From Promethearchaeota archaeon (lineage in GTDB: Archaea > Asgardarchaeota > Thorarchaeia > Thorarchaeales > Thorarchaeaceae), in contig JBHLPF010000008.1 of NCBI GenBank assembly GCA_048939765.1, positions 2,712 to 66,711 of the forward strand: a DNA stretch of 64,000 nt. The letters run 5' to 3'. A program made the position numbers and the translations under genes. Shown here piece after piece: positions 10,233 to 20,291 of the stretch; position 1 is the first letter of the stretch, and every line of letters starts with the position of its first letter. Below the pieces are notes generated by a model that did not search any database, was not told the DNA's origin, and saw only the letters and a program-made list of their open reading frames with translations.

Positions 10233-11726
10233 ATGTCCCCGGTTTCTGCCGATTTCTTAGCCCTCGAAACCAAGAAGCTTGAAGAAATGCGAAAAGCCGC
10301 ATGGAATCTTGAATCAGCCCAACCCGAGCTCATGTATGAAGCAGCGCAGACTCTAACTATGTACAGTGTCAATCGAACTCTTCTTCCATCTGCAATGCAT
10401 CACTTGCTTGCTGATGATATCTTTGTGCGGAAGATTCTCTTCAGGGCGGCTGGCAAGAATATCTATGGTGATTATATTCCTGAATTCTTCTCACAGTTGC
10501 CAAATCTGCCGCCTGCAGAGGTAGCTCAGGTGCTTCAAAGCATAAGAGAGGCTCTCAGGGAGAATGGCCCTCCTTTGGAAAAGAGGGAACTAAAGAGATG
10601 GATTACCGCACTGGAGAAACTGAGTCGTGAACACCAACCCGGCATGGTTGAAATCATGGCTACGCTTGGAAGCTACGGATATCGACGGGTGACCAAGCTG
10701 ATTAGAAATGAACTAGAGGAATTGAATATAGGTGCAATCGCAAGCATTCGGGAATTTCCCGAGAAGCATAGGATTTCATTGGTACGGCTCCTTTGTGAAG
10801 AGGCATCACAACGGAAGCCAGAATTGTTGACCTACATTGCGGGAGTTGCTGATTCAAAATCCGTTAGATTCCTGAAGTCTTTTCTGTCAAGTGGGAAGTG
10901 GAAAGATCGGAAAGCGGTTGCTGAAGCTGTAGGCCATGTGGGAATCACTTCAACATCAGGTCTTGTCAGAGACCTTCTGAATGACCCTGATTGGAGAGTC
11001 AAGCAAGCTTTGGCTGAGAGTATCGATGTGTCCAGCTCGAAGCTTTCAAGTCTACTTAGGATAATGGACATCCTTGTTGCTGATTCTCACACTAGGGTGA
11101 AACATTCAGCAGGGAGAACATTACTGAGAATGGGGCTGAAGCCATGCATTGGTTCTGGCCTAGACACCCAGCGCGACAAGTTGATGAAACGATTTAGGGG
11201 CCAACTCTTGAAAGCGGCACCCTTGAACAAGGAAATTGATTCAACCTGGTTGGGCGTTGATTTGTCCGGAGAGAGTCCATTCCCGTCTATTGCACCCGAT
11301 GGCTCCTCAGATGCAGCAAAACCACAGCCAGTAGGACTTGGCGACCTTGCATCTGCCTTGTCAACTAGGAAAGCAGAATCTACAAGTCCTGAAGATGAGG
11401 TAGCCCTCCGAACAGCACTGCTCAAGAAGATGCTGGATTCCAAAGAATCGCCAGATAGGTCTGCAGTGATAGCAGAACCTGCAACTAGCGACACCTCGAA
11501 GATAGATATAGACCTCCCTCCCCCAGCGCGATTCTTGGCACTAATGGATGAATTATCATCGACTCTTGGCAAGTCGCTCCCAGTCATGGTAATGAAGGCA
11601 AAGGCTCCAGAAATCGAGTTGTCGTTTGAGGAGTTTGATGAGGTACTTGGTCAGTTAGTAAAGGAAGGTACAGTTTACATGGTTGATGAAGACACTGTAC
11701 GTCGAGCAGATATAATAACTGAGTAG
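10233..11726 (+). CDS. HEAT-repeat protein with C-terminal winged-helix-like domain
   Basis: LLNDPDWRVKQALAE, LVADSHTRVKHSAG repeats; low-complexity linker; EEFDEVLGQLVKEGTVYMVDEDTVR C-terminus. Confidence 0.75.
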   Translation: MSPVSADFLALETKKLEEMRKAAWNLESAQPELMYEAAQTLTMYSVNRTLLPSAMHHLLADDIFVRKILFRAAGKNIYGDYIPEFFSQLPNLPPAEVAQVLQSIREALRENGPPLEKRELKRWITALEKLSREHQPGMVEIMATLGSYGYRRVTKLIRNELEELNIGAIASIREFPEKHRISLVRLLCEEASQRKPELLTYIAGVADSKSVRFLKSFLSSGKWKDRKAVAEAVGHVGITSTSGLVRDLLNDPDWRVKQALAESIDVSSSKLSSLLRIMDILVADSHTRVKHSAGRTLLRMGLKPCIGSGLDTQRDKLMKRFRGQLLKAAPLNKEIDSTWLGVDLSGESPFPSIAPDGSSDAAKPQPVGLGDLASALSTRKAESTSPEDEVALRTALLKKMLDSKESPDRSAVIAEPATSDTSKIDIDLPPPARFLALMDELSSTLGKSLPVMVMKAKAPEIELSFEEFDEVLGQLVKEGTVYMVDEDTVRRADIITE

Positions 11727-11790
11727 AAGGGCGCTGGGGCAACACTAATCAGAACTCTATAACCGTTAGCACTAAGGCGAGGAGAGAAAA

Positions 11791-13113
11791 ATGTCTGAGA
11801 GCACATTGATTCAGAATGGCCTTGTTGTCACTGGAGACCGCAAAGGCACGATTCATTCAGATGGATATGTGAGAATCGAAGCCAATCAAATTGCGGAACT
11901 AGGAAAGGGCAAACCAAAAGGAAAAGCTGACAATGTCGTAGATGCGAACGGATGCGTTGTCATTCCTGGACTTATTACGGCTCATACGCATCTATATGGC
12001 ATTCTTCTGAGGGGTGCAAGTCTGAACATAGAGCCACCAACAGATTTTGCTCAGATACTGCAGAGAGTTTGGTGGCCTCTCGATGAAGCAATGAATCTGG
12101 AGGATGCGTATGCAAGTGCCCTCTCAGCCTCTGCAGATATGCTTCGAAATGGCTCGACATTCTTTGCAGACACCTATTCCGGTCCCAACTCAATTGAAGG
12201 TGTTCTAGATAGTGTTGCTGATGGGTCGAATAGAGTCGGAATGCGATCCATGCTTGCATTTGAAATGACTGAAAGAGACAGCGTAGAGATTGGTCATAGG
12301 GGACTTGAAGAGAATGTGAGATTCTCGGGGTGCGCGAAATGTGGAGGTCTTGCATCTCAAATGATGAGTATTCATGCGTCATTTACAGTCACCGATGAAC
12401 TCATCAAAGAAGCAGTGGAAGAGGCTCGGAAACTGGATGTACCGATTACTATTCACACATCTGAGGGCCTTGTTGATCTATATCACAATTTGGAACGCTA
12501 CGGAGAGCGAACAGTGGAACGTCTTGCAAGACTTGGTGTCCTTGGTCCCAAGACGGTTCTAGCACATTGTGTTCATGTCAACAACACAGAGCTCGATCTC
12601 ATTGCCGAAGCCAATGCATCAGTTGCTCATAATCCGATGTCAAACATGCTGAATGCTGTGGGAACTGCTCCAGTTCCCGGTATGCTGAAACGGGGAATTC
12701 CAGTGGGATTAGGAAATGATGGGTGGATATACGACCCTTTCGAAAACATGAGATGTGCGCTGACAGTTCATCGTCTCGAGAACCGTAACCCCAGCATCAT
12801 TGGCCCAGATGATGTGTTTAGAATGGTTACCCTCGACGGTGCTCGATGCTACGGTCTTGAGGATCAAATCGGAAGCTTAGAAGTGGGAAAGCTGGCTGAC
12901 ATAGCAATTCTGAATGGTACAAGAGTTCCTACGCCTTTGACTCCCGATTCAGTGATTGGACACCTCGTCAACACCTTTGGGGGACGAGATGTTGCACACG
13001 TATTCGTGGATGGTGTTCAGGTAGTGAAGGATGGTAAACTTACACTAATCTCTGATGAAGAGGTTTCAGAGGTTTCTCGAGAAGCTAGTGAGAAGCTTTG
13101 GTCAAGGTTATAG
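11791..13113 (+). CDS. Metal-dependent amidohydrolase (SsnA / MTA-SAH deaminase-like)
   Basis: PGLITAHTH, IHTSEG, LAHCVH, HNPMSN, GLGND, GSLEVGKLAD. Confidence 0.9.
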   Translation: MSESTLIQNGLVVTGDRKGTIHSDGYVRIEANQIAELGKGKPKGKADNVVDANGCVVIPGLITAHTHLYGILLRGASLNIEPPTDFAQILQRVWWPLDEAMNLEDAYASALSASADMLRNGSTFFADTYSGPNSIEGVLDSVADGSNRVGMRSMLAFEMTERDSVEIGHRGLEENVRFSGCAKCGGLASQMMSIHASFTVTDELIKEAVEEARKLDVPITIHTSEGLVDLYHNLERYGERTVERLARLGVLGPKTVLAHCVHVNNTELDLIAEANASVAHNPMSNMLNAVGTAPVPGMLKRGIPVGLGNDGWIYDPFENMRCALTVHRLENRNPSIIGPDDVFRMVTLDGARCYGLEDQIGSLEVGKLADIAILNGTRVPTPLTPDSVIGHLVNTFGGRDVAHVFVDGVQVVKDGKLTLISDEEVSEVSREASEKLWSRL

Positions 13114-13159
13114 AGGCACCAGATGCAAACCGTTTTCAACTGGTCGTTAGTCGCCAAGA

Positions 13160-14107
13160 GTGGTGCTATCTCTGAATCCCGACTTCACCTTCAACCATCC
13201 AATCTTCGATACACACACCCATGGAATCGACCCTGACTCACTCGACCTTTTAGTCAGTATTCAAGAGGATTATGGGATCAAAAAAGCAGTCCTAATCTGC
13301 CATAGTCCCGCAATAATGGAATATGCCAGAAGCACATATCCGGGTCGTTTCATCTTCGCCAAGTATTTTTCCGGGGCAATGCGATTCACTGAGGGCCCGC
13401 ACAATCTTGCTCAAGAGGTTCTTGCAGCGCCCGAAGAGGGATATGACCTCGTAAAAATGCAATCAGCTCCAATAATGAGAGCGCGAGCTAAGGCAGACCC
13501 CGGGGAGCTTCGTCTTGATGGGGATGAGATGTCACCGATGTTTGAGGCAGTAATTGATGCTGACATTCCATTCATTCTTCATCTATCTGATCCAGATACT
13601 TATTACGCTAGCAGATACACCGACACCGATTATTTCGGAACTAAGGAGAGAGACCTCGAAGAGCTGGAGGGCGTGCTTTCAAAGTATCCTGAGATCAAAT
13701 TCCAGATAGCTCACTTCGCGGCTCAACCAGAGATTCACCGTCTGAGTAATCTTTCGAGATGGTTCGATTCTTACAAGAACTTCAATATAGACACAAGTTC
13801 AGCTAGATGGGTGTCAAGAGAATTGAGCAAGGATGTGGAGCGGGCGCGTAATTTTCTGAATAAGCATAGCGATCGCATTCAATTTGGGACTGACTGCGTG
13901 GCATTCACAGATGATTCAAGCTATTACAAAGGCCGTCTTCTTGCTCTCAGACTCCTCTTGGAGAGTTCTGTTCGCAATGTGCCATTGCCATTTCAAGATG
14001 CGGATACTGTGAACAGCGGTGGGACACGAATCAATGGACTCGAGCTTGAAAGGGATGTCCTGCAGAAGATTTACTGGGACAATGCCTGTGAGTTCTATGG
14101 CATATAG
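13160..14107 (+). CDS. Amidohydrolase_2 family TIM-barrel hydrolase
   Basis: IFDTHTH, ILHLSDP, IAHF, IDTSS, RIQFGTD, KIYWDNA. Confidence 0.85.
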   Translation: MVLSLNPDFTFNHPIFDTHTHGIDPDSLDLLVSIQEDYGIKKAVLICHSPAIMEYARSTYPGRFIFAKYFSGAMRFTEGPHNLAQEVLAAPEEGYDLVKMQSAPIMRARAKADPGELRLDGDEMSPMFEAVIDADIPFILHLSDPDTYYASRYTDTDYFGTKERDLEELEGVLSKYPEIKFQIAHFAAQPEIHRLSNLSRWFDSYKNFNIDTSSARWVSRELSKDVERARNFLNKHSDRIQFGTDCVAFTDDSSYYKGRLLALRLLLESSVRNVPLPFQDADTVNSGGTRINGLELERDVLQKIYWDNACEFYGI

Positions 14108-14167
14108 AGGATGAGCCGCCAACAGTGTTGACCCTCAAGTCCGAGGTGAGGTGAAATCTCTATTGCC

Positions 14168-14470
14168 TCACGACTTCTTCTTTCGTCTTCGTTTTGGCTC
14201 TAGGAACTCCTCTAATGAACTCTGCTGAATTGGACCTAGCTTCCAATCCTTACCGTCAGGATTCCTCACGACTACATTCTCTCGCTCCATGTTATGGAGA
14301 TGATAGAGAATGGTCGCCGTAGTCACTTCAACGCTTTCAGCAATCTCTGCTGCTGACCGCCACTCATTATTACTAAGTGCATGCAGTATCTCCGTTCGCC
14401 GAGCAAGTCCTCTCTCGATATTTCTAATCCAGTGAAGATATGCCCTACGATCGAGAGTCAGAGTTTTCAA
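14168..14470 (-). CDS. Winged-helix (ArsR/HTH_11-like) DNA-binding protein
   Basis: RTEILHAL..SAAEIAESVEVTTATILYHLHNMERENVV. Confidence 0.8.
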   Translation of the reverse strand: MKTLTLDRRAYLHWIRNIERGLARRTEILHALSNNEWRSAAEIAESVEVTTATILYHLHNMERENVVVRNPDGKDWKLGPIQQSSLEEFLEPKRRRKKKS

Positions 14471-14514
14471 CCCAGAAATGTCTGCACATGGAACGAAATG
14501 TGTGTTTCTCTTCC

Positions 14515-14793
14515 CTATTTCCTTAGAAGTCCCATTAGGTCGAGAAAGGCAGCAGGTTCACTCCCTTCGGTTATCGGTCTTATTCTATATTTAGGATACT
14601 TGTGACTCAACTTCGCAGCGATTCTTGTACCATACAGTTTCTTGAACAGCTGGGCCTTGGCACCACGCCAGAGATAGATCACTTTCTCAGTGTGATCTAT
14701 GAAGACTAATACCTTGTCGGTTTGAATTGTCGAGGCACTCGCTTCAGTCTCAGTCATCTTGGCGTCTGAGTCTATTTCAAAGGCCTCTACCAT
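14515..14793 (-). CDS. Single-domain gelsolin-like protein (Asgard ProGel type)
   Basis: 92 aa from ATG 14793; gelsolin-repeat signature DKVLVFIDHTEKVIYLWRG and ITEGSEPAAFL. Confidence 0.85.
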   Translation of the reverse strand: MVEAFEIDSDAKMTETEASASTIQTDKVLVFIDHTEKVIYLWRGAKAQLFKKLYGTRIAAKLSHKYPKYRIRPITEGSEPAAFLDLMGLLRK

Positions 14794-14920
14794 CAATATC
14801 CCTCGGTTGAAGGTTACATTGAAGGGAGCATTCCCTCTTATGATACTTTTCCAAATGTATTGTGATATTTGATGATGACGATTAAACACAAACAACTTAC
14901 AAAAAGGATTGCAGTCAGTC

Positions 14921-15682
14921 ATGTTTCTGAGGGTGGAAAGGTTGACTGAAGAAATCCCGTCCCGTGTCAAATTCATTGATAGAGCGAGAAGGCGAATCGA
15001 GATTCAGATGAATGATGTTACTCTTCAATTTCCTTTGAACGCAGTCCCTGATCCTCTATATATTGCCATGGCAACAGCCTTCGACGGTGATGAGCAGGTG
15101 GAGTGCAAGCTCTTGGCGGCTTACCACGATACAGTGATGAAGCCTACCTTATGCTCTTCAGAACCAACTAGTATCTTCAAGGTCACCACAGCTACAAAGA
15201 TTGTGAGACTCACCTTGACTGATGAAGAAATTGAGAATCAGATCGAGGAGATTGAGGGTGAGATTCTTTCATTCCAGGGGCGCCCCTTTGAAGAAACTAT
15301 CGATGAGAGAATTGAGCTGTACAAGAGGATCTATCTTGACGACACAAAGATTGACAGATTTCGCTTTGGTGCAGCGGAGATGTACGGCGACACCACTTAT
15401 GGGAACATTCGACAGGACCCCAGAGTTGTACTGCACTTCCAATGGTGTAAACCAGAGGAGAATGTGTATAGAGGATATCAGGTAAACTGCATCGCGGAGA
15501 TTGTGCTACCGGGAGATCCCTTCTATCGATTCATGAGGAGCATGAGGTCACTATTCGTTCGGCGGTTCATCGACCTGCGAGCCTCAGAGTATCCCGCTGC
15601 CTACAAGTTCCATGTCTGCGAGGCACATGATAAGAGCTTGTCCACGAGAGCAGGATTTGTTCCCGGAGTTCTTAGTAGTTAG
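14921..15682 (+). CDS. Pyridoxamine 5'-phosphate oxidase-like (split barrel) hypothetical protein
   Basis: TYGNIRQDPRVVLHF..YQVNCIAEI..PFYRF pattern seen in archaeal FMN-binding split-barrel proteins; start uncertain. Confidence 0.55.
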   Translation: MFLRVERLTEEIPSRVKFIDRARRRIEIQMNDVTLQFPLNAVPDPLYIAMATAFDGDEQVECKLLAAYHDTVMKPTLCSSEPTSIFKVTTATKIVRLTLTDEEIENQIEEIEGEILSFQGRPFEETIDERIELYKRIYLDDTKIDRFRFGAAEMYGDTTYGNIRQDPRVVLHFQWCKPEENVYRGYQVNCIAEIVLPGDPFYRFMRSMRSLFVRRFIDLRASEYPAAYKFHVCEAHDKSLSTRAGFVPGVLSS

Positions 15683-18215
15683 TGAGACGCAATAATCTCT
15701 CTGGCAGCTCTTCAACGGCACCTATATCCAGAACAACACCATGTGACTTCTTTGCCAGCTTGTCAGCCGCATTCAAATCGTACGAGCTCTTTGGCACTAG
15801 AATAATCATCTTGATGTCTTGGTGTTTGAATTTCTCCGCAAGTCTCTCACATTCAGCTTGGTCGCTTAAGTAAGCATCAGTGGCAAAAATGAAGATCTTC
15901 TCTTTTGCCCGAGTTTCCTCGAAGTTGTCGAGAGCCCACTGCAGTGAGGTTCTTCCTCCAGTACCTCCACTTGCTCGTACATCCAATAGATCCGCCGCGA
16001 CTTTTTCAACAGGCACCTGTCGCTGGTCAATTCTCTTTACAACGTGCATCACACTATCAAAGAGACAGACGCCAAAGTCATCTTTCTGAACTCCATATAA
16101 TCCAGCCATGACGCTGATAGCAAGCATGCCAAGTTTCTCGGGTGAATGCATTGACCCACTCTTGTCGAGGGCCCAGACGAAGGAACGGTGTCCTTGATAG
16201 GTCTCGCAAATCAAGAAGTCCTCGACGTCAAGAACAGTGAAATTCGTGCGACCCTTTGAAAGGAGTGAATCAATGGTCTCTTCTAAGTCGATGAGGTCAA
16301 TATCGTCACCTATCCGGAAGGGCCTAACAGTAGTTGATTGCTGTATTCCGCCTAGCATTGACGATCCCATTGTTGCCTTGGCGTATCTCTTTCCGAGGTC
16401 GATAAGGAGTCTCTTTGCGATCTCCTTGAGCCTCTGCTTGATATGTTCCGGCAAAGAGTCTCGGTAGGTATACCATATCTTTACGATATTGGTAGCAGGC
16501 CCCCCAAGCAATCCTCCGAATACCATGTTCGCCCTATCATCATCAATAGGTCCATCCTGGCCAGGGCGTCCTCCGTAGCTTACGGCGCGTCCGTATTGTT
16601 GCCTCGTACCCATTCCCATAGCCGCACCGAAATTCTCATGAGCGATAGCTCCAAGTGCAGACTGATTTCCGGTCTGAGCCGATAGGTCTGCCAGCTCGCG
16701 AAGTTGATGGTCGGTCAGACCAGCTGATGAAATGAGATTATGAAGCCGCTCAAAGTCCTGAACACCCTGCTCGATGAGCTTCCTTATGACACGATAGGAT
16801 GGATTGAGAAGCTCTAGAATTTCCTCTTCTGTCATGCCTAGTTTCTCGCCAGCCTCTCTTACTGCCTTTTCTGAAGGCACAATACCCTGGCGAGAGAGCT
16901 CCCTCACTGTCTTTCTAAGGTGCGCCTTTGTCGGGGAGCGTTTGACAGCAGCATTAGCCAACTGCTGTTTTGCCTTCTCCCAAGATTCCTTCGGTTGATG
17001 CCCACCCACCTTTTCGTTGAGTCGGGACATGTCATTGATCTTTTGTCTCAGATAATCTGATGGCGAGGACCTGGAATCAGCGTGCTCGATGGTTTCTTTT
17101 GTCTTCTTATCAAGAAGACTCTTCCATGACTCGGTGTTCCTGGCGTTTTCAGCCAGCTGCCGAAGGTCAACATTGGCCGAAGCTCCTTTGTCATATTGCT
17201 TGTCATATTGTTCCAGAACATCATCCATCAGGTCAGTCGTGTCAGGTGTATGGTTCTTGATATTCTCGGCAAACTCTGCGGCATCAGCAAGCTGGTATTG
17301 TTGCGGTGCACTCTCTAGATGCTCAGCAATGTTTTCCGGAAGCCGCTCAAGATGTCGAACATAGGCCGCCACTTCGCTCAAATTGTCCAATGACTCTTGA
17401 AGCGCCTCGTCCATCGCCTCTCTCTGGGCCTTTGTTCCAGCCTTCATATCTTCCATGTGCCTAAGGGCTCGTGCTGCAGTCGCTGGATCCCTGTCTGCAA
17501 GTTCCTTGAACTCTTGGACAATTCCTTTGTCGCCGCGATAGGCTCTGGCTGCTATGCTTTCAGCTGCATTGGAAGACTCTGCTACATCATCTAAGACTTC
17601 CAGAGTCTTTGCATCCATGATATTCTGTGAAGATAGGCTTCCCATATCCTCAAGCAACTCGGCTGATGCTTCTTTGCGAAGGTCATCGTCACTTGTGAGT
17701 CCCCGGAGCACAACATCGCCCTCGTTCAAGTAATGCATTGCAGCGTCGTATAGCGCGGCATCCTTGCGTTTCCTTAGGTCTTGAAGATATTCAAAGCCTG
17801 CCTCGACCTTGTCTTTGTCGATCTTCCTAGCCAGCTCTTGCTCTCTCTTGATCTGTTCCATGACCGCAGCCAAAGCGTCTTTCTTCACGGTGGAAACTGT
17901 CTTGGACTTTGGTTGCTCAGGCTGAGGAGATGAATCCCTCTTCTCTCGACCCAGGATAATGTCTTCGGCGACTATTCTTGCGATAGCTTGATCTGAAGGA
18001 TAGGTCGTGCGGACAGCTGCGTCTATGAAATCATCCAGAGTAAGTGCTCCGTTTCGGAAGTACCTCGCGGAGAGAATTTGTGGAATTGAGCTAGTCTGCC
18101 TGATGCTAGGTCTAATCTTGACGTCAGACCTTGCCCGCATCCTCTTCACAAACTCGTGTGCGAACGGTATGGTGTTGCTTGGAAGCGGTGATATCCTGGG
18201 TTGAGTCTGAGCCAT
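15672..18215 (-). CDS. Large VWA (MIDAS) domain protein, MoxR partner
   Basis: C-terminal WALDKSGSM MIDAS, GGT, FATDA; preceding IDLEETI motif of CoxE-like proteins. Confidence 0.88.
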   Translation of the reverse strand: MAQTQPRISPLPSNTIPFAHEFVKRMRARSDVKIRPSIRQTSSIPQILSARYFRNGALTLDDFIDAAVRTTYPSDQAIARIVAEDIILGREKRDSSPQPEQPKSKTVSTVKKDALAAVMEQIKREQELARKIDKDKVEAGFEYLQDLRKRKDAALYDAAMHYLNEGDVVLRGLTSDDDLRKEASAELLEDMGSLSSQNIMDAKTLEVLDDVAESSNAAESIAARAYRGDKGIVQEFKELADRDPATAARALRHMEDMKAGTKAQREAMDEALQESLDNLSEVAAYVRHLERLPENIAEHLESAPQQYQLADAAEFAENIKNHTPDTTDLMDDVLEQYDKQYDKGASANVDLRQLAENARNTESWKSLLDKKTKETIEHADSRSSPSDYLRQKINDMSRLNEKVGGHQPKESWEKAKQQLANAAVKRSPTKAHLRKTVRELSRQGIVPSEKAVREAGEKLGMTEEEILELLNPSYRVIRKLIEQGVQDFERLHNLISSAGLTDHQLRELADLSAQTGNQSALGAIAHENFGAAMGMGTRQQYGRAVSYGGRPGQDGPIDDDRANMVFGGLLGGPATNIVKIWYTYRDSLPEHIKQRLKEIAKRLLIDLGKRYAKATMGSSMLGGIQQSTTVRPFRIGDDIDLIDLEETIDSLLSKGRTNFTVLDVEDFLICETYQGHRSFVWALDKSGSMHSPEKLGMLAISVMAGLYGVQKDDFGVCLFDSVMHVVKRIDQRQVPVEKVAADLLDVRASGGTGGRTSLQWALDNFEETRAKEKIFIFATDAYLSDQAECERLAEKFKHQDIKMIILVPKSSYDLNAADKLAKKSHGVVLDIGAVEELPERLLRLTNY

Positions 18216-18218
18216 TGC

Positions 18219-19166
18219 CTACGAACTCCCAGGGGCACTCGGTGTACTAGAACCACCTGAGCCTAGAACTCGCCTCACTAACGAGTTGACTGCAGGTTCG
18301 GGGTCAATGCCCGGTCTAAACCTCAATGCTCCAGTCAGGACATATGTGGCTGCCTTGGAGAGGATTCCATGTGTCACGTCCTTCTCTCCCTCTCGCTTCG
18401 CCATTTCCGCAGAGAGCCTGGCAACTGAGATGCCTGCACGAATTGACGCTGGTATCTCAATGTCGGTACTCATTCTTGTAGCTGAAACGAGCCCGTAGAT
18501 GTCCTCGAGAGTCTTGTCCGAAAGAGAATACTCCGGACAGTTCATCTTTACTATCTCAATCTCGGTGGATTTCCTCGGGTAGCCAAGTCGGATCCACACT
18601 CTGATACGGTCTCTTAATGCCTCGCTCAGTCGATGTGCTCCTGCCATCTCTTCCGGATTCATGGTCAGGACGGGAAAGAACTCATCTGATGCCTTTATCC
18701 GACCCAATCTTGGCACAACAGCACTCCACTCTTCAAATGGCTCGAGCAGACTATTCTGGACATACTCTGCCAGGCGGTTTGCTTCGTTGAGGCCAAATAC
18801 GCCTCCGAATATCATGGATTTCAGAAGCGGGCCTGGATCAAACGACTCCAGAGTAAAACCCTTGCTCAACACCAGACTGGGATTGAATGAACCTATCAAG
18901 TGCGCTGGCCGAACCCCCTCATCTCCGGTCAGCCATTCGAAGTCACGATTGCTCTTTTCTGCATACGCTCTTAACAATAGTGTTTTTCCCACGCCGGGCG
19001 GCCCGATCAGGCCTGGTATAAGCCCAGAGTTCTCACAGTCCTCGAGAATCTCGAAGGCCTCCTTGTATTGTTCTTTGATGACAATCCGGACCTTCTCTTT
19101 CTTCGAAGCTTTTAGTCGCTCATCAAACTTCTCTGCAAAATCCTTAGCTGTCTTCTGCATCATCAT
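18219..19166 (-). CDS. MoxR-family AAA+ ATPase
   Basis: Walker A GPPGVGKT, GPL, variant Walker B LNEANR, QNSLL, TMNP, LSEALRDR, SIR sensor 2. Confidence 0.92.
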   Translation of the reverse strand: MMMQKTAKDFAEKFDERLKASKKEKVRIVIKEQYKEAFEILEDCENSGLIPGLIGPPGVGKTLLLRAYAEKSNRDFEWLTGDEGVRPAHLIGSFNPSLVLSKGFTLESFDPGPLLKSMIFGGVFGLNEANRLAEYVQNSLLEPFEEWSAVVPRLGRIKASDEFFPVLTMNPEEMAGAHRLSEALRDRIRVWIRLGYPRKSTEIEIVKMNCPEYSLSDKTLEDIYGLVSATRMSTDIEIPASIRAGISVARLSAEMAKREGEKDVTHGILSKAATYVLTGALRFRPGIDPEPAVNSLVRRVLGSGGSSTPSAPGSS

Positions 19167-19299
19167 TCTATGCCCCCATAGACCAAATTGTTGTGACTTG
19201 AGACCATATTAAAGCATGTCCTTTTTGTTATCGGCTATGACGGAGGGCGCTGACGAAGATTTCATCTGTAGTCACAAAAAGGTTGAGGTTTCTGATTTG

Positions 19300-20289
19300 C
19301 TAGCTCCCCAGCAATTGCGAGCCATAATTGAATAGAGCTGGCGAGCCTCCAGTATGCCAGAATACCGTGGGCGCGTCTGAGGCTATCTCTCCTCCCATTG
19401 CCATAGCAAGCAATGCTACTCCGGCTTTAGCCGTATAGACGGGATCAAGGATGATGCCTTGGGATTTCGCAAACATCTGGATGGCACTTCGAACAGAATC
19501 TTCCATCTCTCCGTACCCCTTTCCCGCAAACCGATCATCCACATTGATATCTGGCTTGAACTTGTCTATGAGTGCGGGGTATGTATCAAACATTCTGTCG
19601 ATCATTTCTCCGACCTTTTCTTTGGTGGTCTTTGCATCGCGGAGTACACTGATTCCTATGACATCGGCATCGAACCCTGCTAGCTTGGCTCCGATTATCA
19701 TCCCAGCCAGAGTCCCTCCTGTGCCAACAGGATGTAGTATCTTTTTTGGCTCTATGCCAATCTCATCACACTGTTCTTTCAATTCCAGCATAGCCTGAAC
19801 ATATGCTATGCATCCTACTGGCATGAATGCACCGGCTGGAATGCCATAAGGTTTGAGACCAAGGTCTCTGAGGGTTTCGATAATTGAGTCCATTCTTTTA
19901 GAAACCTGATCAAAGTCATCTTCTGGGAAGAATTGAATCTCTGCTCCAAACAGCTTGTCTAGAAGCACATTACCTGTGTACTCTTCGGGTTCGGCTCCTG
20001 CCAGCAGCAAGATACACCTTAGTCCGTTCTGAGCCGCCGCAGCGGCTGTCTGTCGACAATGATTGCTTTGAACAGCTCCAACAGTGACAAGAGTATCAGC
20101 CTCCTGCTGAAGAGCGTCTCCTATCACATACTCGAGTTTGCGTGTCTTGTTGCCGCCAAATGAAATGCCAGTGAGGTCATCCCTCTTGATCCAGAGTGAC
20201 TTCATATCTAAAGAATATGCAAGATTCTTCATTTCTTGGAGGGGCGTTGGAAGATTAGCTAATTTCACTCTTGGAAGGATATCCAGCAT
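19300..20289 (-). CDS. D-cysteine desulfhydrase / ACC deaminase family PLP enzyme
   Basis: KRDDLTG..GGNKTRKLEY, QSNHCRQTA, GTGGTLAG, LDPVYTAK, HTGG. Start ATG 20289. Confidence 0.92.
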   Translation of the reverse strand: MLDILPRVKLANLPTPLQEMKNLAYSLDMKSLWIKRDDLTGISFGGNKTRKLEYVIGDALQQEADTLVTVGAVQSNHCRQTAAAAAQNGLRCILLLAGAEPEEYTGNVLLDKLFGAEIQFFPEDDFDQVSKRMDSIIETLRDLGLKPYGIPAGAFMPVGCIAYVQAMLELKEQCDEIGIEPKKILHPVGTGGTLAGMIIGAKLAGFDADVIGISVLRDAKTTKEKVGEMIDRMFDTYPALIDKFKPDINVDDRFAGKGYGEMEDSVRSAIQMFAKSQGIILDPVYTAKAGVALLAMAMGGEIASDAPTVFWHTGGSPALFNYGSQLLGS

Positions 20290-20291
20290 TT

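Noticed and set aside
18661-19212. 183-aa antisense ORF, and the many similar antisense ORFs in the track
   Set aside because: They lie wholly opposite well-supported genes and show typical antisense-frame composition.
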